From: Octopus sinensis
Taxonomy: Eukaryota
Direction: 5' to 3'
Assembly (NCBI RefSeq): GCF_006345805.1
Contig: NC_042999.1
Span: 162,936,001 to 163,000,000, forward strand
Length of the DNA stretch: 64,000 nucleotides
The notes below the pieces were generated by a model. The model was not told the DNA's origin. It searched no databases and saw only the letters and a program-made list of their open reading frames with translations. The number at the start of each line of letters is the position of its first letter. Within the stretch, counting starts at the first letter, position 1. Shown piece by piece: positions 37,960-50,400 of the stretch. A program made the translations under genes and the position numbers.

Positions 37960-39210
37960 CATTGTTTAACATCAGTTTTCCATGCTGGCATGGGTTAGAC
38001 CGTTTGACACGAGCTGGGGTCAATTGTCTGTTGTCGCATGGTTTCTATGGATGAATGCCTAACTCCAACCACTATATAGAGTAGGCTGGGTGCTTTTTAT
38101 GTACCTCTGGCACAGGTGCATTCATGTTGCACTTCGGCACACTTTGTGGTACTGGCTGACTGATTTTACTCAATTACAGCAAATTGCCATAACTCCTGGT
38201 CCCTTGTCATTTCCTCAGTGAGGCCCAGTTTCTAAAGATACTTTCTCACCACTTTGTCCCACATATTCCTCTGGGGGTCAACTCCTTCCACAGGTAGAGC
38301 TCTGCACTTCTTTATGCAGCTGTCTTCATCCATACACATCACATGACCAATCCAGTGCAGTCTTCTCTCTTGCTCAAGACATCTGATGCCTCTTACTCCC
38401 AGTTTTCCTTTTAAATCATTTACAATGTGTGTACACATTTAATATCCAGCAGACGTTAGCACGCGGGGCGAAATGTGTAGCCGTGTTTTGTCTGTCGTTA
38501 CGTTCTGAGTTCAAATTCCGCCAAGGTCGACTTTGCCTTTCATCCTTTCGGGGTCGATAAATTAAGTACCAATTACGCACTGGCATCGATGTAATCGACT
38601 TAATCCCTTTGTCTGTCCCCTCTGTGTTTAGCCCCTTGTGGGTAATAAAGAAAATATTAATATCCAGCAGATAAAGGGTTCATTTCTTTCAAAGCCAATG
38701 TTTCACTGTGAGGTAGCTTAGCTGTACATCATACAATTTGCCTTTCACTCTGACGGAGCAGCCCTTAGTTACCAACAACAGTAGAAACTCTCAGAACTTT
38801 GCCTAGCCCATTGTTATTGTAGCAACTATGCTTCCCCCTCCATTGCTAACTTTTGTCACTTAGGTAACAAGCCATCTACTACTTGTTTCTATTCTTTGTT
38901 ATTTTACGGGGTGAGTGCGAACCCCACTCATTTGAAGGAGTTTATTTGCACCCTTTTAGTGTTTATTGTACCTGCACATTTACCATACAAGACTTTCTCC
39001 TTTAATCTTCCTGTGATACTGTTACATCTATGTCCAAGCTTGCTCTGGGTACAACATGGAGTTTCTATCAACACCCTTATATATCAAATCCCTGAAGAGA
39101 TTTGTGATTTGTCTGTTTTCCCCCTTGCTAGGAATTTGGTTTTTGTTAAATTAACACTAAGGCCCTTACTTTCCAGGCATTGCAAAGACAGGATCTCCTA
39201 AGTTGATTTG
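37960..39210 (-). mobile_element. Degenerate RTE-clade LINE (RT C-terminal part and 3' end), interrupted by a SINE
   Basis: LESKGLSVNLTKTK and RRLHWIGHVMCMDEDSCIKKC remnants. The same 3' end (catggaaagcggacgttaaa-(tga)n) also occurs at 3214-3462 (-), 30820-31260 (-) and 62229-62316 (+). Confidence 0.8.
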
Positions 39211-42200
39211 CTCAGAAGTACAAATACAAGGCAGTTCAGTGTTAGACTATTCAACCACTTTGGTTTATATAAAAGTGGTAATATAACTAAAGGTCACTTA
39301 TCATAGACTGGTGGATGCAAAGCCAGATACAATATTTTTTTATACAGAAATATTCATATTTAAATAGGTAGGGAGTATGAAGTCTTAATTCAATTAAAAT
39401 AAGAGCCAAAATCACGACGTTCTTGTTACCCTGAGACCGTTTTTAAAGTAAAATGAGGCTGTAATGCTTATATATTTCTAAGGGCATGACGACAATACCA
39501 GAACAATTGCAATCATCATGGTACTTCATTTAAAATGAAGTTTCTTGGCTCTCTAGTTAGGTTGTCTCCATTGGTGGAACCATTTCGTATTCATAAAAGT
39601 TTGTCAATCCTTAGAGTAAGTTATAAGCTGTTGGTCTTTAACAAGGGCCCCCAGTTTTGAAGTTTGATCGATGAGGAAGGTGTTCCAGATCAGTAAACAG
39701 TATCATACGGACATCTGTCAACTAAAGACAATTTTTATTCAGGTTCTGTCAAAAACTATTAAGTTGAAAAATTCAGAGAAATAGTTCAGAAGGTAAAATG
39801 TGATCCTATGGGCATGAAATATTAACTTATAAAGGGGTCAAATGGTGTTAATAGAGATGAGTTGGGTGCAAGGTGAGATAATTACATAGGTGAGGTGAAA
39901 AAGCTATCTAGAGCTGATGTTGGAAAGTACCCAAGTAGAAGCAGATGAAGGGACCAGTGAATCACAATCAGCTTCCCTTCTGTAAAATTTTAAATGAAAT
40001 TAAGGAACTGAAGGCAAAGGCCTAAGATTAACAAAACCATTTAAAACTTTTTGTCTTTTCAACACACCAAGAAATGAAAAGGACTGCTGACATTAAGATA
40101 ATGTCAGGAGAGGAGCATTCACACTGTGGCTCAGTTTTCATAAATTTTAACTCCATCCATGTATAAATATAACAATAACTTTTTTTTTTTTAGAAGCGTT
40201 GAAAAGGTGTATTGTACAATACAAATAAGATATTTTTTTAATGCAGAGTTGCCGTTAGAACAGCAGAAATACTGGGTAGATTACCTTTACACGAAGGAAA
40301 AGTTTGTCAACAACTAACCAAGAGACTTGAACCCATAACCCTCAAAGACCAGCTGAGTGTTTTACTATTAAGCTAAACTGCCTGCCGACAAATTCACGAC
40401 TGAATACTTTAGCTTTATAGAACAAACATGTTTTTTTTTAGAACCATTGAAAATGTGTATTGTGTGATACAAATATGATATTTTGTAAGGGTTATTTACG
40501 CAGTATTTTTGCTGTTCTAATGGCAACTCTCCATTCGAAAAAATATCTTATTTGTATTGTACACTATATATATGTGTATATAAACTTATCTCTGGAGTGA
40601 TCATCGCTCAGACTTTTCCCCAAGATCAGATTTTTGTTTTATAAATATGTGTGCATGTCTTAGTGGTTAGGATGTTGCACTCATGATTGCAAGATTATGA
40701 TTTTGATACTTGGCTGGGTAGTGTGTTATGTCCTTGAGCAAAGCTCTAGTCCACTCAGCTGGCAAAAATGAGTAATCCTGCAATGAACTGGCATCCTGTC
40801 CCGAGGAAGAAGTAGATACACCACAGTATCTGGGAAACTGGCCTTATAAGCCTATGGCCAGCTGTACATAAACATATATATTGTTGAGATAAAAATTTAG
40901 AAACTTCCAGAATGTGAAATAATTATCTTTTGAAACTGAGCATTGAAGTATCTAAAGCTATAGATAATAGCCTAAATATTGTGAAAAATTTTGGATAGAA
41001 AACAAGGATGCTCATGGGATTCAAACCCATCAGTAAACATGACAAGTGTTCTACCATTCAACCACAAAACTCCTTAATTCTCTTCAATTTTCTAAATTTT
41101 TATGATGTGAACAACACAGTTCTTGCTGGTAAGAATATAGTTATTAAAATGGATTGAGAAATTTGAAAGATTGCTTTGTTCCAATGGCAGAACACTTGTC
41201 ACGTTTAAAGGAGATGTGGGTTTGAGTCTCATAGACAGCCTTCAACTTTATCTGCATCAAGATTTGTCTTCCCAAAAATGGTTATATATATATTGTTATA
41301 CTTGGGGATGGTCATGTTTTACTAATTAAACACATTCACTGAGTGTCGTGTTTGTTCTCTGTATCGATAAGATCCTAGCCTCTATGTTGTCAACAGAACC
41401 TCTAATTGAGCACTGATGAGTCCTGGCCAGTGATCACTTCAGCCACTCACCTGTGGGTGCTGTCTCGTGTTTCTGCACTGTGCCTCAGTACACCTTATAC
41501 TATAGATTACATTCCTAGTTTATCTGTGGGTTTACTCTACCCACTTAACAGTTATCTGTAGAGGGGGGGTCTTTCAAATGTTCTACAGATCAGGGATTTT
41601 ATGGGGGTCCCTAGTCTTGCCTCCAGGGGTAGCATTGATGAACATGACACTGGTATTTTAGGTTGTCATACCACAAGTTGACCATATCTATCTTCTTAGT
41701 TCTTTCTATGCTAATCCAGGTAATAACGACTACAGTACAGACAAGAATAAACACGGAAAGATACAGTGTCAAAATAAGAGTCAATCACAGCAGAAGAAAT
41801 GTGGGCAAAGGAAGGATCAACATAGAGAAATGGTAGTTACCACTAAGAACAGTAATAGCAGCAACAATAATGTACACAGAAAGAAAGAAACAAACAACAA
41901 AATAAAGGTCAACATATGAAAGCCAAGTGGTACCACAAACCCTAGCACTAGCAACACCACCATTATATCGATATAAATGACAATAGCTGTAATAATAGTG
42001 AGGACAACAACAATGAAGTCAACCACAAAAACATGCAAATCAACACAAAACAATATGCACAGACACGAACAACAACCAAAATATTAAGAGACAACCAGAA
42101 AGATAGGAAAGAAGAAAATAATATAATTGATGTAAACAACATCAACCTCCTTCACACCCTATTTTTCAACCCATGTCATACAATCCTACCTTTCAACAAA

Positions 42201-42219
42201 TGGGTCAATATCCCACAGT

Positions 42220-42558
42220 GGAGGCGCAATGGCCCAGTGGTTAGGGCAGCGGACTCGCGGTTTCGATTCCCAGACCGGGCGTTGTGTTTATTGAGCGAAA
42301 ACACCTAAAGCTCCACGAGGCTCCGGCAGGGGATGGTGGTGATCCCTGCTGTACTCTTTCACCACAACTTTCTCTCACTCTTACTTCCTGTTTCTGTTGT
42401 ACCTGTATTTCAAAGGGCCCCCGAGAACTACGTTAAAGGTACACGTGTCTGTGGAGTGCTCAGCCACTTACATGTTAATTTCACGAGCAGGCTGTTCCGT
42501 TGATCGGATCAACCGGAACCCTCGTCATTGTAAGCGGAGTGCTTCCATCCATCCATCC
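42220..42558 (+). mobile_element. tRNA-derived SINE, family 2; near-identical copy at 50822-51194
   Basis: Head ggaggcgcaatggcccagtggttagggcagcggactc, (CCAT)n tail, TSD atcccacagt. The second copy has TSD attttactag and an extra segment of about 30 bp. Confidence 0.9.
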
Positions 42559-43282
42559 ATCCCACAGTAAACAACTAAATAGAAGAACAAGACTTGGATT
42601 TTAGAGCAACACATGAGGAGAGAGGCCCAGCAACTTGATGATGATGATGATGATGTGGTCAAGAAACGCACAGCCAACAACTTCCAAGCCACGAATAATG
42701 CCATTACAACACTGTATGAATGCCGTAAGGATCATACAGTGATCACCAAAACCAGACTACGGAGCTAACATTGCCAACAACTACAGAATTTCCCACTTCC
42801 ACTATATGCCCTATAATCAAAATGTTCTTGGATGTATGTGATAGCACAGAAGACTTCCTCAGCAGAATCAATAAATGCAACTGTGACCTGACATGATGTG
42901 TAATAGGCAGTATGGATGTGATGTCCCTATAGTTGATTTTGCTGCGAAGATGATCAGCAAGAGTGACATGGAGTTTCATGGTGTTCACACATGCGAACTA
43001 GTCCTCCTCTTCAGACTTACATGTGACAAAAAGTACAAAGACAACAGGTGAGAAAAATTTTGCACATGCAGTAGGTGCGAGCACATAACAAGATATATGC
43101 CCAAGAAGAGAGTGCAGCCATCCGTGTCAGTATCACTGGCAATGTAGCTAACCTCTTTATGGGATAGGAGACCCAACACTTAGCAGAGAGCTCCATAACC
43201 CTGACCATGTACTCCCACTAGGTGGATATAGACATAGTTGCAAAAGCATCCCTAAAAGACAGTGTCTATGAACCAGAAGCCA

Positions 43283-43620
43283 TCACCCATCATCATCATT
43301 GTTCGACCGTGGTCGAGACAATGGAATTTACCATGCTACGCCAGACTTCACAGTCCATCATGGCATTACGGAGGTCCTGTTGCTGGATGCCTGTATCCCT
43401 GGAGATTACATCAGGGTAGGAGAGTGTGCGCCCTCTGGTATTGCGAGTAGATGGTTTCCAGAGAAGAGTAGAAATTACCTCTTTTTCAGCTCTACAACAA
43501 TGTCTAGCAAACTGGACTCTCCTACCTTTCACAAGAGATGACACAGGTGGTAGTTTCCCATATATTTGCATTTTGGTTGGATGGCGCCTCCACGAGAGAT
43601 TTTGAGCTCTCATAAGGAGG
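43283..43620 (-). mobile_element. 5'-truncated RTE-type LINE 3' end
   Basis: ORF 43296-43613 (...RRVQFARHCCRAEKEVISTLLWKP...RGRTLSYPDVISRD...W) followed by a (TGA)n tail. Confidence 0.8.
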
Positions 43621-46483
43621 CAAGTGTAGGTTCCATCTAACCATCACTCTGGAGAGCATCCAGCAGACAGCTAGACTACCCTAGTAAGCACCCTAACTAC
43701 AGACTACTTGTTCTGGACATGGAATTCTGGCTGGAAACTAGGAATAACAAGGTCCAGATCCCCCATTCCTAATATGCTAAACCCCTGGCCTCCAAATACC
43801 TGATCTACTGGAACAATGTAATTGTGGATGGTATCAAGTTCAATATCTTAAGAGACACATACAACATCCGTCACATGAAGTTCTCTGGGCACAGCCAAAG
43901 AGACAGGAGCCAGGGCAAAATACAGGAGAATGATGCTAATGGGACCCACCCATTATACAAAAGTAAATCTTATCAATCACATAGAACTACGGAGGCTACA
44001 CACATAACAGAAAATAGACCAAGCCTCAATAGAAAACATGAAAGGAATAATATCCCGCCATGACCACCCCTCTACTACACTATGCAACCTGATGACTTAA
44101 GACAAAATGAAGAAATATAAATAAATGGCACAGGTACTAACAGTATAATATTTAAACCCTTATACACATGACACAAACAAAAGACAGATTGAGAAAGAGA
44201 AATAAATAAATGGCACAGGTACAATCTGTAATATATATAAACCCATATACACGAACACAGGACACACAGAGATACAGATGTAAATATATGTACCACAGAA
44301 AGACAAAATGGAATAGACAGGACAAGATGAGAGATGTGGGACAAAATCACTGAAGAGGTGACAAAAGGACTTTGACAGACAAACTAAAAATAATAATAAT
44401 AAAACTAAAGTGAAGATCAAATAAATAGTGCGTGTGTTTAATTGGCAAAAGATGACCACCCCCAAGTATAACAATATCTGTTTCAACACACATTTTCACA
44501 TCAACAAATACATAAATGTGTGTGTTTGTACGTGCGTGTATATATATATATATATATAAGTGTAACTTCCCTGAGTAAAGGGAACTAGTAGGTATAAAAA
44601 TAAAATACTTCTCATATACAGATCCAGCTCACAAACAATGGTAGGCGACCGAAAAACTTTCTTTACACACATGCACAATGTAAATGATACATAACTGATT
44701 TGTTAAAAGAATTAATAGCAAGCAACATAAAAGGGAAAAGAAACAGTAAAAAAATCAAATAATAAAAAAAATAAAACTTCAACTTGATTATCAAATGGAT
44801 CGTTTATTGAGTTCTCCCAGAGATCCTTAAAAAAATAAATAATCCATAAAATATTTCATAAAGAAGAGTCCTTTTCTTTCTGCTTCTTTACCTTAAAGTG
44901 GAAAATGATAGAGAAAAGGGAGGGAGATGGAAAATGTTGAAAGAAAAAAATATATATCTGAAAAGAAATTTGTCTTATGTTAGAAAAAAGACTCAACGTT
45001 CAGTTGAACCACTGCAGTGATGAGAAATGTGACAACTGCCAACATAGGTTGATAGAAGTGTGTGTGTGTGTGTGTGTGTGTGTAAACAGGAAGGGAAGCT
45101 AACGTGTGTGTGTGTGTGTGTGTGTATGAGAGAGAGAAAGAAATCTAAATTGAAAGTTTTAAGTGGAGTAAAAGAGAGAAAGTTTCTTTTGACTCAGTGT
45201 GTTCTTTCAGGGAATCTTCTCCAAATGGAACATTGGAAAAAGACATTCAGTTACCTATTATCAAATGAGAAATGGATTCTTTTCTGTTTTTGTTTCTATT
45301 TTTAAAAAATCATTCTAGTGCTGGGACTGAAATAAAAGGAACTGATACACGAAAAGAAATATATAGACATAGACAAAGCAGAGTGGATAAAAATTAACAA
45401 TTTAGTGCAAGGAACTAATTATAATATATATTACATTACTAAAATGTGGAGAACTAGACTTAGTATAATAACAACAACAAAAATGTTTCTTACACTTGCA
45501 TTAAGCCTCAGAACAGGAGGAGATATGAAGATGAGAAATTCATATGTCCAAATCTTGCTTTGTGTTAAAACAGCCTACACAGGTTAAAAACAAATAAATA
45601 AAAACCTCTGATCAGATATAAGGATGATCTTTGTAAGAGAAAGTTAACTTTATTAATCCCGAAGAGCTGAAATATTGGTTCTATCAGGACTTGAATTGAA
45701 AATGTAAGATATTTAGTCAGGTATGCGATTGATTTTTCCTATTGGCAAAAAAGCCACTAACTTGTAAAAGATACAGGTAATTTCTATTGAATTGAACCCC
45801 AACCCTTGTTATGACTGGCACTTATTTTGTTGGCACCTCCTCTCCCAACCACACAGAGGAATGGTGAAAAATGAAGTGAACAAGATTTGAAGCTAAAAAC
45901 ACAAAGGGACAAAACTAAATAGTAGGAGGCATTTCATCTGACATTATATCATTTCTGCCACTCCCTAATAAAAAAAAACAACAAAATGAAAAGAGGGATA
46001 AGAAACGGCAGTAAAACCTAACTGCAAATGAAAATTCAAATTAATTTTGCGCTGATTAATTTATTTCATCAGCTGTGTGAAAATAATGTATAGAAAGGGT
46101 GTGAAGGAGGATTTGTTAAATATATCTATTTTGATAGTGATGTTGATATATATGAATAAGATAGATAAACATTTAAGAATATTTGTTAAACCATTTCAAC
46201 GACATGTCAAATAAGACTAGTTTCTTTTTCTCACTTAACAGAAAATTTAGGGCATTGGTGGAGAAAAACTTTATCTTCACACAATCACCTGCATAGAGTT
46301 GTTTGTTTATATATATTTATATTCTTTTTTCTTTTTAATTTAAAACAGAAATAAAGATTAAAAAACAAAACAAAAATCAATTCATTATAATTTCACACTG
46401 GGTAGAAATGACAACACTGAGAACAAATCTTATGTTGTGTGCTAATGAAAACAATAGTACAATCATTAAATTAAACATATACC

Positions 46484-46518
<35 letters not shown>

Positions 46519-47055
46519 ACATGCACACACAAAACTCATTTAGCCAAGTAAAAAAGAAAAGATGATGAACTTTAACTTGCAAAATGTACATGCTGTTTCT
46601 TTCGTTAGTTCCAAAGATCTCAGTAGTAAATAGAAGTAATTTCTAACAGGCAGAAGACCACAAGTTTTTGAGGAAGAGGTGTAGTCAATTAGATCAACTC
46701 CAGCATTTGACTCATACTTTATTTTATCAATCCCGGAAGGATGAAAGACAAAGTCAACCTTGGCAGCAGTTGAACTAAAAGTGTAATGAGATGTAACTAA
46801 ATACTGCAATATATATATTGCCAGTCACTCCATCAATTTTGCTTTTCACCTTAACAACAACAACAACAACAATAATAATGATGAGGATGATGATTATGAT
46901 GATGATGATGATAATAGCAACAATAAAAATAATCCAGCCAGGATACATCTATCAATGTTAAAAATGTACATTAAACTATAGTGTTGGTGAGAAAAGTTGA
47001 GTGAATTGTCTGTCTGTTGGTTCATCCATCTGAGCTTTGCAAGTGGTCTTTGACA

Positions 47056-47058
<3 letters not shown>

Positions 47059-47112
<54 letters not shown>
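47059..47112. repeat. (GA)27 tract, (UC)n on the RAVER mRNA strand
   Basis: Directly visible, about 120 nt downstream of the RAVER stop codon. Confidence 0.95.
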
Positions 47113-47123
<11 letters not shown>

Positions 47124-47233
47124 GATCAAACATGGTGAAGGGTAAAAAAAAAAATTAAAAAAAAAAAAAAACCAACCAAAAAACACCCAAGTGTCAAGAC
47201 ATTGAAATAATTGTGGTAAGTTAAAAAACAATG

Positions 47234-47413
47234 TCAATAGTAGCTGCTCCCTTTTGCAGTGACACTAGTGTCATAACGCTTTCTCTTCCCATAGGAGTCT
47301 GCATAATGACCACCGATTCCTTGAGAGTGTTGTCCGACATAAGCACCTTCTGGACTGGCTTCAGGTGGTGGCAACAAATGACTATAGCTTCGTTTCTGAC
47401 CAATAGGAGATGT
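47234..47413 (-). CDS. RAVER1: RAVER last coding exon with conserved C-terminal motif and KRKR NLS
   Basis: tttctgcttcag|ACA acceptor, 180 nt to TGA. Confidence 0.92.
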   Translation of the reverse strand, partial: TSPIGQKRSYSHLLPPPEASPEGAYVGQHSQGIGGHYADSYGKRKRYDTSVTAKGSSYY

Positions 47414-50400
47414 CTGAAGCAGAAATAATAAAAAAAAAAAAAAACCATCAAAAGAAAACATTAGAACATCCATACTATTATTAACACAATCATTTTTCAG
47501 TCTAATTACTTCACCTTAAGAGATGATAATTTTTATCAATCTTTATATTCAAAGTTTCAATCATTTCAATATTAACCCTTTCGTTACCAAACCGCCCAAA
47601 GCCGCCCGAAAAAAATTTTGGTTAATGTGACCAAACCGCCCAAAGCCGCCCGAATTTACCTATTCATATTTAAATGAGAATATCAGAGCAAATCTCTTTA
47701 GTACATTCATGAAAACACGTGATTATACTTCGTAAACAATTCATCTACAGTTTTGTACAACGACCGACGTGTAATTTTAATTCCCTGAATTTTGGGAGAT
47801 TTTTTTTCCACATTTTTTTCGGCATCGATTTTTCTTCAACTTTGAAAATGGATTGGAGTTTCATGTTATCAAGCATTGATACCGAATTGGAAAATTTGTG
47901 AAGCAAATACTGGGTACTGTTGTGGATTTAGTTTTTATACAGGGAAACGTTAGTCAGCATGGCTTAGGGTATGATGTGGTCTGGAAGTTATTGTTTGAAG
48001 CGATCAATGCGGAAACAAACTTACGCAAAATGTAAACGAACACAAAATGGGGGTTCAAATTTTGGAAAATTTGTGAAGCAAATATTGGGTACTGCGTGGA
48101 TTTAGTTTTTATACAGGGAAAATAATGTTAGGCAGCATGGCCTAGGGAACGATGTGGTCTGGAATTTATCATAACCAGGGCCATATATTATTTTTTGACC
48201 GATTTCTTTAGTTTGGTCAAACTTGCGGTGGATTCTAGTATTTCAGTTTATTCCACCTTCATGGTACACCTGTTGTGAATTAAATTCAACTGATGATATA
48301 GTGATGTGCACAATTCTTCTTTATCAAAATTTTGTTGCATACCCATTTGAATATTAGCTGATGATTCATTTTCTATGGTGATGTTTAAACAAAATTTTAA
48401 TATTTTTACCTTTTGCTCAATTTACCTGGATTTCCCAGTAATTAAAGTCACTTTGAGACAAAAGTTATACAATAGAATTGATTAAGAACCCTTTCTTTAA
48501 TTATGTTCCAAATATCACATTAATATGTTGATAAGTAAAAAAGTTACAGTTATTTAATGAAACAAGCCTAGATTCATGATTATTTTAGAATTTAATTGAA
48601 ACTCATGAGGGGTGTATTTTGATCAGAAATATAGTAACGAAAGGGTTAAAGAGAGGATTAGATAGAATAATGTTTCTTAGAATAGACAGAATCAGGTGAA
48701 TACACTTATGGATGAAGTGTATAGTAAAACAGTCCATTTAGAGCTGGGGGTGGGGAAATGTAGAAGACTTACCAGAGAAGTGGTGCTAGTGGAAGTACCA
48801 TAATGACTGGAATAAGAGGAGGTGCCATAGTTTGAAGTGCTTCCATAGGTGCTGCTCAGTGTTGGACTGGTGTAGTTGGAGTAAGATGACTGATAACTGG
48901 GGCTAGTAGTCTGATGAAACAAAGGAGAATGTAATACTATAAACACCATAAGACTAAATAAAATTACACAAATATTAATTAACAACTATTATAAAAAATA
49001 TTACTGTAAAACAATAAGCTAGTTTATTACATTTCTTCCCTCCGTTTTCTGACAGTTATGGCTGGATGTGATTAAGGAAGGTCACCAGAGGCTTGGAGAA
49101 TGCAGAGGGGCTGGCATAGGACCACCAGCGATGGGGAGCACCATTGGACCTGGTCAGCTTTACACATAATGCCTCTAGGACAACTAACCTAGGATGATCC
49201 CAGCCTCATCAAGAAAGAGCATGAAGCAAAGTTGTTTCATAAGGCAGTAAAGTCTGCTCCAGCCTGACATTTGCTACCTTTGTCATTCTTAACAAAATTT
49301 AAACAGAGACGAACAAAACTAAATTTGCGTGCACATGCATTTGTCTCAGCCCGTGTTTACATTGATACCACAGTGGTGACAGTGTTTGTGTCCCACATAA
49401 ACAAAATTCCCAGCATCAGTTCAACATGCAAATTATAAAATAATGTACCTTATTTGAAAACAAATAAGGATTGGTGTAGAATGCTAGTGCAAGAGATCTC
49501 ATCCAATCCTCAATAGCATAGTAAAGTGGAAGTATGTATGTGAGAGAGAAAGGGGAGACTGAGAGGAGTGAATGAAAGAATTCTAATCACACAAATTTTA
49601 ACGATATACCAACTCTGGTTGATATACACTAAGTAAATAAGAAATATTCTCTTGAATAAGGATGCCAGTCTATCAAAGATTGAATATAGAACTGCAATCA
49701 GAAGAAACATCTGTTAATTCACAGCTTGTGCTTACTGTGGTTAATTACCCCACTATGAAGTACCAATCAGACTAAGCTAATGAGAACTAAAAGACTTTCA
49801 GTGGCAGTAACAAAATGTTAACCACTGACACTTTAGACGGGTCTTCACTTCTCAATTGATCCAGTTTCAAGAAATGCAAAAACTGACTCAAAATCACTAG
49901 CGTATACTCTTTTACTTGTTTCAGTCATTTGACTGCGGCCATGCTGGAGCACCACCTTTAGTCGAGTAAATCGACCCTGGGACTTATTCTTTGTAAGCCC
50001 AGTACTTATTCTATTGGTCTCTTTTTGCCGAACTGCTAAGTGACGGGGACGTAAACACACCAGCATCGGTTGTCAAGCAATGCTAGGGGGACAAAACAGA
50101 CACACAAAAACATACACACACATACATATATATATACATATATACGACGGGCTTCTTTCAGTTTCCGTCTACCAAATCCACTCACAAGGCATTGGTCGGC
50201 CTGGGGCTATAGCAGAAGACACTTGCCCAAGATGCCACGCAGTGGGACTGAACCCGGAACCATGTGGTTGGTTAGCAAGCTACTTACTACACAGCCACTC
50301 CTGTGCCTTATTTTATTATCAGTAATGATAAAGCAAATCCCAATAGAAGTTCAGAACTATGTGGGATAAAGGTAAATGAAACAAATATCTGGGATACTAC

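Larger units (their letters stand above)
41760..44060 (+). mobile_element. Fossil Penelope-like retroelement (RT region) hosting the SINE and RTE insertions
   Basis: Remnants DSTEDFLSRIN, VIGSMDVMSL*, GNVANLFM, H*VDID and LLVLDMEFW...YAKPLASKYL resemble Penelope RT motifs (SLDVxSLY, ANLFM, RYVDD, LPFLD, YRKP). Confidence 0.7.

Noticed and set aside
41413-41440. CTGATGAG hammerhead-ribozyme core near the Penelope-like fossil
   Set aside because: No complementary stem II or downstream GAAA was found, so at most a decayed remnant.
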